From an uncultured Pseudomonadota bacterium (GTDB taxonomy: Bacteria > Pseudomonadota > Alphaproteobacteria > RF32 > CAG-239), in contig CASFLB010000002.1 of assembly GCA_949295395.1 (NCBI GenBank), positions 423 to 64,422 of the forward strand: a stretch of DNA of 64,000 bases, written 5' to 3'. Numbering within the stretch: the stretch's first letter is position 1; the number at the start of each line of letters is the position of its first letter. The translations under genes and the position numbers were made by a program. Below are positions 21,205 through 30,974 of the stretch, piece after piece. The notes under the pieces were generated by a model. It did no database searches. It was not told where the DNA came from and worked only from the letters and a program-made list of their open reading frames with translations.

Positions 21205-22016
21205 TGACACTTAAAATACCGGCACACAAAGGCCACATAATCGTTGTAAGCAACGAAAAAGGCGGAACAGGCAAATCCACAATATCAATGCATTTAGCCA
21301 TAACCTTATTACAAGAAGGATATAGCGTAGCTGTTGTTGACTTAGATGGTCGACAAGGCACCTTAAGCAAATACATTGAAAACCGCAAAAAATACTGTCG
21401 CGTCAGAAACATTGACTTACCCACCCCGGCTTTATTTACCTATGCCCCACAAGAAGATATTGACTTAATTGAGGCCAGCAAAGAAAATATTAACAACCGC
21501 ATTGAAGAATTAAGCCGAGAATACGATGCAGTTATTATAGACACACCGGGAACAAAGAACTACTTATTTGAAGAAGCGCACAAACATGCGGACACTTTAA
21601 TCACCCCAATGAGCGACAGCTTGATTGATTTAAACGTCATGGCCGACATAGATTTTGCTTCTTCGACCATAGGAAAACCCGGACATTACGCCAACTTTAT
21701 TTGGGAAGTAAAAAAGAAGATGGCCGCGGAGAACCGAGGCTATTTAAACTGGATTGTTGTCGGAAACAAAACCTCAACCTACAATTCCAAGAACAAAAAT
21801 TTAGTTTTCGACTATCTTGAAAAACTCGGAAAATTATTTGGTTTTCGCTTCACCCCCGGCCTAAAAGACCGCATTATTTACAAAGAGCTGTTTTTAGTCG
21901 GCTTAACGGTTTTAGACATGCAACATCCAAAACTTCAGCTCAAAATGACCTTATCGCATTTAGCGGCCAAAAGGGAAGTCAAATCCATAGCCGAATTTAT
22001 ATGTCCGGAAGAATAG
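21204..22016 (+). CDS. mipZ: division-plane positioning ATPase MipZ (ParA/MinD family)
   Basis: Deviant Walker A VSNEKGGTGKST. Collinear with the Caulobacter MipZ motifs from memory (VAVVDLDGRQGT, IIDTPG, GFRFTPGLKDRIIYKELF, SHLAAKREV). Confidence 0.85.
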   Translation: MTLKIPAHKGHIIVVSNEKGGTGKSTISMHLAITLLQEGYSVAVVDLDGRQGTLSKYIENRKKYCRVRNIDLPTPALFTYAPQEDIDLIEASKENINNRIEELSREYDAVIIDTPGTKNYLFEEAHKHADTLITPMSDSLIDLNVMADIDFASSTIGKPGHYANFIWEVKKKMAAENRGYLNWIVVGNKTSTYNSKNKNLVFDYLEKLGKLFGFRFTPGLKDRIIYKELFLVGLTVLDMQHPKLQLKMTLSHLAAKREVKSIAEFICPEE

Positions 22017-22033
22017 AAGATTAAGGAAAAGAC

Positions 22034-22570
22034 ATGAAAGAACTAAGCTTTTTAATGTTTATGGTTGGTTTATTTTTTGGTCTGACGGTTTTATGTCGTC
22101 GATTAACCAACCCCAATCACCCCGACAGAGCCGCCTTTTTCATTCCTTCACGAATGATGTTTAATTTACTATGGGGAAGTATGTTTTATATTGGCTACGG
22201 TCTTCTTATGTTTCCTGATTTTTGGCTTCGCGTCGGCTTGAGCCTCTTAGAAATCATTTTATTAGGCTATACTTTGGTCATGAACGATTTAAGAAAAAAA
22301 CTTCTATCATCACACATTCCCCCATCACGATTCGCAAAAAAAATTTTTGACCACGCCATCAAAAAACAACAAGAACTTGATAAAAATAACAAAAATTATT
22401 CTCGCCGAAAAGCCGCAAAAATATTAGGGCTTGCCGCTTATGATCTTGAAACCGACGAATTGCAGAAAAAAAGAATAGCCGCTCTTGAAACCGCCGCCCA
22501 AAACGGCCAAATAGGCCATGAATATCTGCCTGAAATCATCAAGCGCGTCCGCCAAGCCTTACAAAACTAA
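22034..22570 (+). CDS. hypothetical membrane protein (3 predicted TM helices + cytoplasmic tail)
   Basis: Hydrophobic N-terminal half; no recognisable family. Confidence 0.5.
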   Translation: MKELSFLMFMVGLFFGLTVLCRRLTNPNHPDRAAFFIPSRMMFNLLWGSMFYIGYGLLMFPDFWLRVGLSLLEIILLGYTLVMNDLRKKLLSSHIPPSRFAKKIFDHAIKKQQELDKNNKNYSRRKAAKILGLAAYDLETDELQKKRIAALETAAQNGQIGHEYLPEIIKRVRQALQN

Positions 22571-22666
22571 CAAACAGTCAATAAAACAAACTTTTATCTT
22601 GTCTTTCAAACACAAAATGGTAAGTTAAGAAAGAGAAAAAAAATAAAAGATAAAAGGAGTCCCGAA

Positions 22667-24286
22667 ATGATACGTACCGTCCAAACCCAGCCCTATTCGG
22701 ATCAGAAAATGGGAACCGGTGGTTTGCGCAAAAAGACGAAAGTCATGATGCAACCGAACTACTTTGAAAACTTTATCCAAAGCGTATTTAACGCCATCGG
22801 CGGCGTTAAAGGAAAAACCTATGTTGTCGGTGGTGACGGACGTTTTTTTAACAAAGAAGCCATCCAAAAGTTTATCAAAATGGCCGCAGCCAACGGCGTT
22901 AAAAAACTCATTATCGGGCAAAATGGCTTTATGTCGACACCGGCAGGGTCGAATGTTATGCTAAAAAATCACACGGACGGCGGCTTTATTTTATCAGCCT
23001 CACACAATCCCGGTGGCGAAAACGGCGACTTTGGAATAAAATACGCCAACGAAACCGCCGGACAAGTTCCGACCTCAGTCAGTGATAAAATTTATGAAGA
23101 ATCAAAAAAAATAAGCGAATATAAAATCTGCGACACCCAAGATATTGACTTAAAAAATTTAGGGCATCAAACCCTTGAGGGTATGGAAATTGAAGTCATA
23201 GACCCCGTAGCTGATTACGTTGAAATGATGGAAGGGATTTTTGATTTTGACGCCTTAAAAAAACTTTTCAAAAGTGGTTTTACGATTCGCTTTGATGCCA
23301 TGAATGCAGTTACGGGTCCTTATGCGATTCGCATTTTTGAAGATATCCTAGGAGCGGCCAAAGGTTCCGTTATCCGAGCAACACCATTACCGGATTTCGG
23401 CGGATTACATCCGGATCCTAACCTGATTTACGCCAAAGATTTGGTTGATTTCATGTATTCGGATAACGCAACAGATTTCGCGGCAGCCAATGACGGCGAT
23501 GGCGACCGTAACATGATATTGGGACGCAAATTTTTTGTCACCCCAAGCGACAGCCTGGCCATTTTAACCGATAATTACAAGCTCATTCCGGCATACAAAA
23601 ACGGCATTTACGGTGTAGCAAAATCGGCAGCCACGTCAACAGCCGTTTGCCGCGTTGCTCAAAAGAATAACATTCCGTATTATGTTGTTCCGACCGGCTG
23701 GAAATATTTTGTAAATCTAATGGATTCAAAAAGAATAACGCTTTGCGGTGAAGAAAGCTTTGGGACAGGTTCATCTCACATCCGTGAAAAAGACGGTATT
23801 TGGGCGATTCTTTTTTGGTTAAGCATTATTGCTAAGACAGGCAAAACCGTTGAAGAAATCACAAGAGAAAACTGGAAAAAATACGGCCGAAGCTACTATA
23901 TGAGGTTCGACTACGAAGGCTTAGACACAAGCGTGGCCGATAAATTAATGGCTGATTTGGAAGCCAAACTTCCATCGCTTAAAGGCCAAAAATTCGGAGT
24001 ATATGAAGTCAAAGAAGCAGCACCGTTCATCTATAATGATCCTGTTGACGGCTCCGTCACAAAGAACGGATTAGTCATTGATTTTACCAATCAGGCCAAA
24101 ATAACCTACCGCCTATCCGGCACAGGATCAAGCGGAGCAACTTTACGTGTTTATTTGGAACAACCTGATGCGCAACACTTTGACCAAGACACCTTCACCA
24201 CGCTGCAACCTCTTCTGAAAATTGCATCTGAGGTCGCAGAGATTGAAAAAAGAACAGGTAAGACAAAAGCGGATGTTAATACCTAA
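22667..24286 (+). CDS. pgm: phosphoglucomutase (alpha-D-glucose phosphate-specific)
   Basis: Active-site SASHNPGGENGDFGIKY and metal loop DGDGDRNM. 539 aa. Confidence 0.9.
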   Translation: MIRTVQTQPYSDQKMGTGGLRKKTKVMMQPNYFENFIQSVFNAIGGVKGKTYVVGGDGRFFNKEAIQKFIKMAAANGVKKLIIGQNGFMSTPAGSNVMLKNHTDGGFILSASHNPGGENGDFGIKYANETAGQVPTSVSDKIYEESKKISEYKICDTQDIDLKNLGHQTLEGMEIEVIDPVADYVEMMEGIFDFDALKKLFKSGFTIRFDAMNAVTGPYAIRIFEDILGAAKGSVIRATPLPDFGGLHPDPNLIYAKDLVDFMYSDNATDFAAANDGDGDRNMILGRKFFVTPSDSLAILTDNYKLIPAYKNGIYGVAKSAATSTAVCRVAQKNNIPYYVVPTGWKYFVNLMDSKRITLCGEESFGTGSSHIREKDGIWAILFWLSIIAKTGKTVEEITRENWKKYGRSYYMRFDYEGLDTSVADKLMADLEAKLPSLKGQKFGVYEVKEAAPFIYNDPVDGSVTKNGLVIDFTNQAKITYRLSGTGSSGATLRVYLEQPDAQHFDQDTFTTLQPLLKIASEVAEIEKRTGKTKADVNT

Positions 24287-25388
24287 AAAATTATACAGCC
24301 TTTTTCTTGGGTTGAGTTTAACCATACCGGCAAGTCAAGCACTTGCCGGACTATATGGTTTTACGGAAGGCACACCGCTCAGCCCAAAGGAAAAAATTCT
24401 AGATATGCCCTCTCCTCCGGCCAATATTCCCAACTATCGCAACTTAATGCGAGACAATATTGACATGCTGGTTGGTTACGCCCAAGCCCGCAAACCTGAT
24501 TTTCAGATTATACTTCACGAAGGGGCGGACATATTATACAAAGGCCTTTGGGAATACCACCTAAGTGGCTATAAGAATGCTTTTGCTCAAGGCGAAGACA
24601 AATCTGATCCAAGCTTTTTAAGCGAAGACCCCAGCCAAATCCCTGAAGAATATCAATTAAAAAATAACGTTAATGATTCATTTTTCAAAAAAATAGACGC
24701 CATATTCTTTAACAATTTATACTGCACACCACGCCGATTAGACAAGGAGCTTTTAAAAACGGGTATCCGTCTAGGCGCCATCAGCCAATGTCCAAACGCA
24801 GAAAGCTACGACAAAGCCGTAACGCTATCAGTCAAAGAAAACATTTTATTTTATGGCTTTTTGAATATATCAACAGCCTTTGGCTACATTGCCGGCCAAC
24901 CCATAATCAACGAAAATGCCAAAAACATTTATACCGTAAAAGAAGCTTCTAACATCTCGTTTTTATTAGACAACAGCCGTTACAAAACCCGAGAAGAATT
25001 GATACGAGATGTCAGAAAATCAAACTACGACATTGTTGTTGTTGACCCAATTTTTCACGATGGCAGCATATTCACCCCCGAAGAGGTTGACGCCATGAAA
25101 TACAAAAAAAGCGGTCAACGGAGGTTAGTCATAGCCCGTCAAAACATCACCGAAGCTTTTGCCAAGGACTATTATTGGCACGAAGAATGGAACAAACGTC
25201 CACCTTCATGGATAAAACGAGCCTCTCTGGTCAACAAAGACGGTTACATTGTTGAATATTGGCAAGAAGAATGGAAAAAAATCATATCACAATACTTCAG
25301 AGGTATTGTCTTAAGTCGTTATGATGGTGTTTTTCTCACAGGAATTAACAATCACCATTATTTTGAATCTTTAACCCCGCTGGAGTAA
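24273..25388 (+). CDS. hypothetical exported protein (about 372 aa), translationally coupled to pgm
   Basis: Signal peptide MLIPKKLYSLFLGLSLTIPASQALA. Its start overlaps the pgm stop (gATGTTAATACCTAA). Ends 4 nt before fliQ. No confident family assignment. Confidence 0.55.
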   Translation: MLIPKKLYSLFLGLSLTIPASQALAGLYGFTEGTPLSPKEKILDMPSPPANIPNYRNLMRDNIDMLVGYAQARKPDFQIILHEGADILYKGLWEYHLSGYKNAFAQGEDKSDPSFLSEDPSQIPEEYQLKNNVNDSFFKKIDAIFFNNLYCTPRRLDKELLKTGIRLGAISQCPNAESYDKAVTLSVKENILFYGFLNISTAFGYIAGQPIINENAKNIYTVKEASNISFLLDNSRYKTREELIRDVRKSNYDIVVVDPIFHDGSIFTPEEVDAMKYKKSGQRRLVIARQNITEAFAKDYYWHEEWNKRPPSWIKRASLVNKDGYIVEYWQEEWKKIISQYFRGIVLSRYDGVFLTGINNHHYFESLTPLE

Positions 25389-25392
25389 AAGA

Positions 25393-25659
25393 ATGAATGA
25401 AGTTGAGATTTTAGATATTTCCCGTGAAGCGGTATTCACATTATTAAAAATTGTCACACCGGTATTATTGGTTGCCTTGTTTGTTGGCTTGATTATTGGT
25501 ATTTTTCAGGCCTTAACTCAAATCCAAGAAATGACCTTAGCGTTTGTCCCCAAAATAATCTGCGTTTTTCTTGCCATAATCATTCTGTTTCCGTTTATGG
25601 TTAATCAAATGAGAATGCTGTCAGAAACTTTGTTTGATAAAATAACAAGCGGTGGCTAA
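25393..25659 (+). CDS. fliQ: flagellar export apparatus protein FliQ
   Basis: 88 aa, two TM helices. FliQ/YscS-type sequence. Confidence 0.85.
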   Translation: MNEVEILDISREAVFTLLKIVTPVLLVALFVGLIIGIFQALTQIQEMTLAFVPKIICVFLAIIILFPFMVNQMRMLSETLFDKITSGG

Positions 25660-25668
25660 AAGAAAAAG

Positions 25669-26424
25669 ATGCAGCAACTTTTACACATAGAAGTTTACAA
25701 ATATCTGTTGATATTCTTGCGTGTTGGTTCAGCGATTATGCTCATGCCAGGATTTATGACAAGTTATATCAACATGAGATATCGGTTAAGCATCGCCTTA
25801 GGAATAAGCGTTGTGCTTTATCCGTTTTTAAATGATATGCTCCCCTCCCCGCCGAGTGATTATTTGGCCAATGTAAAAATATATATGCTAGAAATAACCT
25901 ACGGCGTTTTCTTTGGCTTAATGATGCAAGTTACTTTCACGGCTTTGAGTCTGGCAGGTAATTTTGCCGGCACGGCAATTGGCTTTTCAAACGCCCAACT
26001 ATTTGACCCCAGTACCCAAACGCAATCGATTGTTTTGGAAAGTTTTTTCAGCATCACGGCCTTAACGGTAATATTTGTCACAGACTTACATCACACCATG
26101 CTTTCCGCCGTCATTGCCAGTTATGACCTTTTTCCGGCCGGAGCATCTCTACCGGATGCAGACATGGCAAATTATATGAGCAAAGCCTTGGGTGAAAGTT
26201 TTACAACAGGATTTCGCTTAGCCTCTCCCTTTATTGCCTTCACCATAATTTTTTATTCTGGAATGGGATTGGTCTCCCGTTTAATGCCGCAATTAAACAT
26301 TTTCTTTTTATCATTGCCGTTGCAATTATACCTCGGCATTGGACTGTTATTTATCACCCTTCCGGCCATAATATTCTGGTTCATAGAATATTTTGAGCGA
26401 AGTTTAATGGCCTTTCAAAACTAG
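25669..26424 (+). CDS. fliR: flagellar export apparatus protein FliR
   Basis: 251 aa polytopic membrane protein directly after fliQ. Confidence 0.85.
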   Translation: MQQLLHIEVYKYLLIFLRVGSAIMLMPGFMTSYINMRYRLSIALGISVVLYPFLNDMLPSPPSDYLANVKIYMLEITYGVFFGLMMQVTFTALSLAGNFAGTAIGFSNAQLFDPSTQTQSIVLESFFSITALTVIFVTDLHHTMLSAVIASYDLFPAGASLPDADMANYMSKALGESFTTGFRLASPFIAFTIIFYSGMGLVSRLMPQLNIFFLSLPLQLYLGIGLLFITLPAIIFWFIEYFERSLMAFQN

Positions 26425-26433
26425 GAGTGTTTC

Positions 26434-27510
26434 ATGGTAGCCGAAGACGAAGATGAAGCCTCCAAGACGGAAGAACCGTCGGAACGAAAGATAAGCAAAG
26501 CCAAAGAAGAAGGCGACATTGCCATATCGCAAGACGCCAAAAGTTTTATCATGCTGACTGGCATGTTATTTGTTGTTTGGCTGATTGTCCCACTAATGGG
26601 AAAGCTATTTTATGACTACTTCGGAAAATTTATTCTCGTTCCCGAAACATTTCCCACCGATTCGCGACATTTGAGGCTTCTGTTTTTCAATTGTTTTATT
26701 GACTTAATGAAAATTTTAGCGATTCCAATGGCTATTTTTATGATTTTAGGTATCACGGCAAGTTTGATGCAAACAGGCTTCATCTATGCACCAAAAAAAT
26801 TAATGCCGGACTGGAACAGGCTAAACATTTTTGCCGCTTTGACCAAATTCATCAACATGAAAAAGATTGTTGAAAGCTTGAAAGGGATCATAAAAATAAC
26901 GGTCATTGGCTGGATAGCCATCATTGTGCTCACGCCTTATTTAACACGAAGCGAGCTCATGCCCGAAATGCCGACACAAAGCATTTTAAAACTGATACAT
27001 CATGTTGTTATATTGCTTATATTCACAATTGTCATAGCGGTATTAGTCATAGCGGTAGCGGACTACGCCTATCAAAAATACACTCACTTAAAGAAATTAC
27101 GCATGACCAAACAAGAAGTCAAAGAAGAATATAAACAAACGGAAGGAGATCCGCTGGTCAAATCACGTATCAGGCAAATTCGCAATGAAAGAGCACGCCG
27201 TCGTATGATGGACAATGTCCCCAAAGCCGATGTAGTTATCGTCAACCCGACCCACTACGCGGTTGCCTTGCAATATGAAATGGAAAAAATGGATGCCCCG
27301 ATTGTTGTCGCCAAAGGTCTTGACAACATCGCCCTAAAGATTCGCGAGATTGCGGAAGAACACGAAATTCCGATTGTCGAAAATCCGCCATTGGCCAGAG
27401 CATTATTTGCTTCAGTCGAGTTAGATCACGCCATACCGGAAGAACACTTTAAAGCCGTAGCCGAGGTAATAGGATATGTTATGCAGCTTAAGAACCAAAC
27501 GTCCCGATAA
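26434..27510 (+). CDS. flhB: flagellar export apparatus protein FlhB
   Basis: NPTHYAVAL autocleavage motif. 358 aa. Order fliQ-fliR-flhB. Confidence 0.9.
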   Translation: MVAEDEDEASKTEEPSERKISKAKEEGDIAISQDAKSFIMLTGMLFVVWLIVPLMGKLFYDYFGKFILVPETFPTDSRHLRLLFFNCFIDLMKILAIPMAIFMILGITASLMQTGFIYAPKKLMPDWNRLNIFAALTKFINMKKIVESLKGIIKITVIGWIAIIVLTPYLTRSELMPEMPTQSILKLIHHVVILLIFTIVIAVLVIAVADYAYQKYTHLKKLRMTKQEVKEEYKQTEGDPLVKSRIRQIRNERARRRMMDNVPKADVVIVNPTHYAVALQYEMEKMDAPIVVAKGLDNIALKIREIAEEHEIPIVENPPLARALFASVELDHAIPEEHFKAVAEVIGYVMQLKNQTSR

Positions 27511-30130
27511 ACATCTGGAAAAGAGATTACTTTTCCTGTCTTATGCACTCGTTGGATTAATAACCACCGTGATAATGTTTATGCTTTATCCGGAGTATTC
27601 ATTGTATTTATTGTTGCTCACCTTGTTCATAAGCTCTTTCTGCTTATGGTCCACAATAAAAACCTTACAAGCCGGAGAAGAAGCGATAAGCTACGGCGGA
27701 TTTGCCAACGAGCTTTTAAAAGAAGAACAACAAGGCGAACGTATTGATAACGCGGCAGGAGACGCTGTTTTAGAAAACGACTATGCCCGAGACTTTTTCA
27801 AAGAAGAAAAAGTGCTCGACACACTTCGCCGCCGCATGAGCGAAAACCGCCAAAACAAAACGGCCTGTGAACAGCTTGAAAAAGCCGTTGAAAACCTAAG
27901 CAAAGAAAAAGTAAACATCGCTTTATACCGAGAAGAAAAAGGAATAAGAGGCTACATTCCAGAAGAATGGTATGAAGTCAGCCTACGTCCGATGTACTTA
28001 AAAAAAGCCGACATTTTTTCAGGCGCTTATTCCATAAAAAAAATAAAAAAAGACACCTACTTTTACTGGACAATAAAAGACATCACCGCTCAAAAAAACA
28101 TGGAACAAATTTTCCAAAGCGAAAGTAAAGGCTTGCATGACTTTCTGGATTACCTACCAGCCGCTTTATATATATGCAACAAAGATTATAAGATTGAATA
28201 CGCCAACCATGCATTAGCCAAACTTTTGCAAGGCAGCCGAGAAGACCTTATCGGCAAAGATTTAAAAGAATACCTCGCAACAAATTCTCCTTTGCCGCCC
28301 GCCCATACGGCCTCATGGCAAGGAAGTCTCTATTTCATGAGTGGTGATGAGGTTAAGGAATGCTACGCTGCCCAAGAAAACTTCCGCGAAAATTCAGAAA
28401 TAAAAACGCGAGGAGTCATCATTCAAGGTTTATTGAGCAATGATGAATTAAGCAAACAACATAAAGAGGATACCGATCGGCTAAGTTGGTTGTTTAATTT
28501 TGCCCCGATAAGCATCATCCATTGCAGTCAGGACGGAACCATTATCGAAGTCAACGATAGTGCAGCCAAATTTTTAGAAACTGATGAACAAAAGCTCAAA
28601 GGTAAAAACCTGTTAGATTTGATAAAATCTGAAGAAAAAGAAAGTCTAAAACAAGAGCGAGAAAAACTAATATCAAAAGAAAAGAGCTCTTCATGCATTG
28701 ATGTCCACCTAAACACCACAAAAGACGAAAGGGTTGCCACCTTTTACATATCTCCGATACATGAATTGCACGAGGGTCCGCAAGAACAACCTTGCGGCTA
28801 TAGTATATACTTTTTAGATTCGACCTCGCGAAAGAATTTGGAATTGCAATACGCTCAAGCCCAAAAGATGCAAGCCTTAGGACAAATGGCAGGAGGAGTT
28901 GCCCACGACTTCAACAACCTTTTAACCGCGATGATTGGTTTTTGTGATTTACTATTACAACGCCACGGCATTGGCGATCCGTCCTTCAGCGACATCATAC
29001 AAATCAAAAACAACGCCAACCGCGCTGCCGGCTTAGTCAGACAGCTTTTGGCTTTTTCACGCAAGCAACCGCTCAAACCCAAATTGATTGATGTGACGGA
29101 AAACTTTGTTGAGTTAAATCACATGCTCAAACGCGTTATTGGGGAACAAGTCACCTTAAAATTTTATCACGGAAGCGACTTAGGATATATAAGAGTTGAT
29201 CCGGTACAGTTTTCACAAGTCATCATCAACTTAGCGGTTAACGCCAAAGATGCCATGAACAACCGTGGAACACTGACCATCTCCACTCATACGGAAACAC
29301 TTTTGGAGCCTTACCAGTTTGGAGCCGACACAATTGCACCGGGAGACTTTGTCGTCATTGAGGTAAAAGACACCGGTTGTGGCATTCCGATTGAAAATTT
29401 AAGTCGTATTTTTGAACCTTTCTTCTCCACCAAACAAAATGTTGTGGGATCAGGAACAGGACTTGGCTTAGCGATGGTATATGGTATCGTACGCCAAACC
29501 GAAGGCTTTATAAAGGTTCAAAGCATTATCGGCAAAGGAACAACGTTTTCAATATATCTGCCGCGATTTGAAAATGACGATGAAGAAGTAAAGACCAATC
29601 AGGATTCCCCCAAAGAAGTCATAACCGGAAGCAATGGCATCCCGATTCTTACGGTACAAGAAAAAGTTATTCCAACACAAGGAACAAATTCAAAATTAAT
29701 TTTTGGATTAAATGTATCAGCCATAGACCGCAACCACGAAAACCATCTTTCCGACAACGAAAACATAAGGATATTATTTGTCGAAGATGAGGATTCGGTA
29801 CGAACCTTCGCCCTCCGAGCCTTAAAGAAGAAAGGCTATGAAGTCATCGGCTGCAATTCAGCAGAAAATGCCCTTGAAAACATAAAGAATGATAAAGACT
29901 TCCAAATGATGATAACCGACATGGTTATGCCCGGAATGAACGGAGCCGAATTGGCCAAAATTGTCAAAGAACAAATCCCCGGCATAAAAATTATCTTAGC
30001 CTCAGGCTACTCCGAAGAAATAGCGCGCCGAGAGTTAGCCGGCTCAGATGAATTTGCCTTCATAGCCAAACCATTCAGCTTAGGAGACTTGACTAAAAAA
30101 GTATTTGATGTTTTAAATAGTACAGATTAA
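27476..30130 (+). CDS. cckA: hybrid sensor histidine kinase/response regulator, CckA-like (2 TM, PAS, HisKA, HATPase_c, REC)
   Basis: Two N-terminal TM helices. PAS-like segments. HisKA H-box AHDFNNLLTAMIGF. G-boxes DTGCGI and GTGLGLAM. C-terminal receiver FVEDEDSVR...MMITDMVMPGMNG. The start overlaps the flhB 3' end by 35 nt in another frame. Confidence 0.8.
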   Translation: MLCSLRTKRPDKHLEKRLLFLSYALVGLITTVIMFMLYPEYSLYLLLLTLFISSFCLWSTIKTLQAGEEAISYGGFANELLKEEQQGERIDNAAGDAVLENDYARDFFKEEKVLDTLRRRMSENRQNKTACEQLEKAVENLSKEKVNIALYREEKGIRGYIPEEWYEVSLRPMYLKKADIFSGAYSIKKIKKDTYFYWTIKDITAQKNMEQIFQSESKGLHDFLDYLPAALYICNKDYKIEYANHALAKLLQGSREDLIGKDLKEYLATNSPLPPAHTASWQGSLYFMSGDEVKECYAAQENFRENSEIKTRGVIIQGLLSNDELSKQHKEDTDRLSWLFNFAPISIIHCSQDGTIIEVNDSAAKFLETDEQKLKGKNLLDLIKSEEKESLKQEREKLISKEKSSSCIDVHLNTTKDERVATFYISPIHELHEGPQEQPCGYSIYFLDSTSRKNLELQYAQAQKMQALGQMAGGVAHDFNNLLTAMIGFCDLLLQRHGIGDPSFSDIIQIKNNANRAAGLVRQLLAFSRKQPLKPKLIDVTENFVELNHMLKRVIGEQVTLKFYHGSDLGYIRVDPVQFSQVIINLAVNAKDAMNNRGTLTISTHTETLLEPYQFGADTIAPGDFVVIEVKDTGCGIPIENLSRIFEPFFSTKQNVVGSGTGLGLAMVYGIVRQTEGFIKVQSIIGKGTTFSIYLPRFENDDEEVKTNQDSPKEVITGSNGIPILTVQEKVIPTQGTNSKLIFGLNVSAIDRNHENHLSDNENIRILFVEDEDSVRTFALRALKKKGYEVIGCNSAENALENIKNDKDFQMMITDMVMPGMNGAELAKIVKEQIPGIKIILASGYSEEIARRELAGSDEFAFIAKPFSLGDLTKKVFDVLNSTD

Positions 30131-30155
30131 AAAAACAAACAGGACATCAACAACA

Positions 30156-30878
30156 ATGACGACGACCCAGCTTCCGCTAGAATTTTATCACCGCCCCTAC
30201 ATGAGCAAAGATGACTTCATGCCGGCAGCTTGCAATTTTGAAGCCTATCGACTTATCGATTCGTGGCCGGTTTGGACTTATTTTGCGGCCTGCATTTACG
30301 GTCCGGAAGGCTGTGGCAAAACACATTTGGCCAATATTTTTTCAGAAAAAGTTTCAATTATAGAGCACTATCCCTATAAAATCCCCTGCATTAAAGCACG
30401 AGAATTAACCATAGAAATGCCACGCCAATTGCTAAGTCGCCACTTCTGTCTCATTGTAGAAGATTTAACCGCAAACATTAATCAAGAAGCACTATTTAAC
30501 CTCTACAACATCTACCGAGATGAAGGCGGCTGCATTTTGTTCACCAGCAACGAAGCACCGGCTCGAATAAATTTCAGCCTACCGGATTTGCGTTCGCGAA
30601 TGAATATTGTCCCAAGCATTGAGATTAAAGAACCCGATGATGATTTGTTGTCCGCTTTGTTGGTAAAATTATTTATGGATCGACAAATAACAATAACACC
30701 GGATTTAATAAAATATATTTTAGCCAACATGCAGCGTTCCTTTGCCTATGCCCGAAAATTGGTCGACGAAACAGACCGCGTCTCTCTTGCCAATAAACGT
30801 GCGGTCAGCCTCCCGATAATAAAAGAAGCCATGAATAACCTTGAAGATAAGCGACAAGGAGAGCTCTTTGAGGCTTAA
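30156..30878 (+). CDS. hdaA: DnaA-regulatory inactivator HdaA (DnaA domain III-like AAA+)
   Basis: N-terminal QLPLEF...DDF...N..A and Walker A GPEGCGKTHL. 240 aa. Placed just downstream of the cckA-like gene. Confidence 0.75.
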   Translation: MTTTQLPLEFYHRPYMSKDDFMPAACNFEAYRLIDSWPVWTYFAACIYGPEGCGKTHLANIFSEKVSIIEHYPYKIPCIKARELTIEMPRQLLSRHFCLIVEDLTANINQEALFNLYNIYRDEGGCILFTSNEAPARINFSLPDLRSRMNIVPSIEIKEPDDDLLSALLVKLFMDRQITITPDLIKYILANMQRSFAYARKLVDETDRVSLANKRAVSLPIIKEAMNNLEDKRQGELFEA

Positions 30879-30932
30879 TAAAAAATTTTTTGCGATTAAG
30901 AAAAAAAATTAACTTGATTTTTAATATTTATG

Positions 30933-30962
30933 ATATATACATACGAGCGTGAATGTATATAT
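30933..30962. promoter_or_regulatory. candidate TetR operator: perfect 10-bp inverted repeat ATATATACAT-N10-ATGTATATAT
   Basis: Seen directly at 30933-30942 and 30953-30962, 13 nt upstream of the probable tetR start codon (30975). Confidence 0.45.
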
Positions 30963-30974
30963 AGGAAATCAAAA

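Noticed and set aside
22625-22964. ORFs 22625..22921(-) and 22764..22964(+) overlapping the pgm 5' region.
   Set aside because: pgm is strongly supported in this interval. The overlapping frames lack an RBS and have no family signal.
27476-27510. Overlap of the flhB 3' end with the cckA-like start: possible gene fusion or frameshift.
   Set aside because: The two ORFs are in different frames and each is full-length and complete (the FlhB C-terminus is intact; the kinase begins with its own TM helices). Ordinary overlapping genes, or a slightly later kinase start.
30930-30974. N-terminal extension of the TetR ORF (MIYTYERECIYRKSK...).
   Set aside because: This stretch is the translation of the perfect inverted-repeat operator. 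The canonical TetR N-terminus begins at MARRTKEE (30975).
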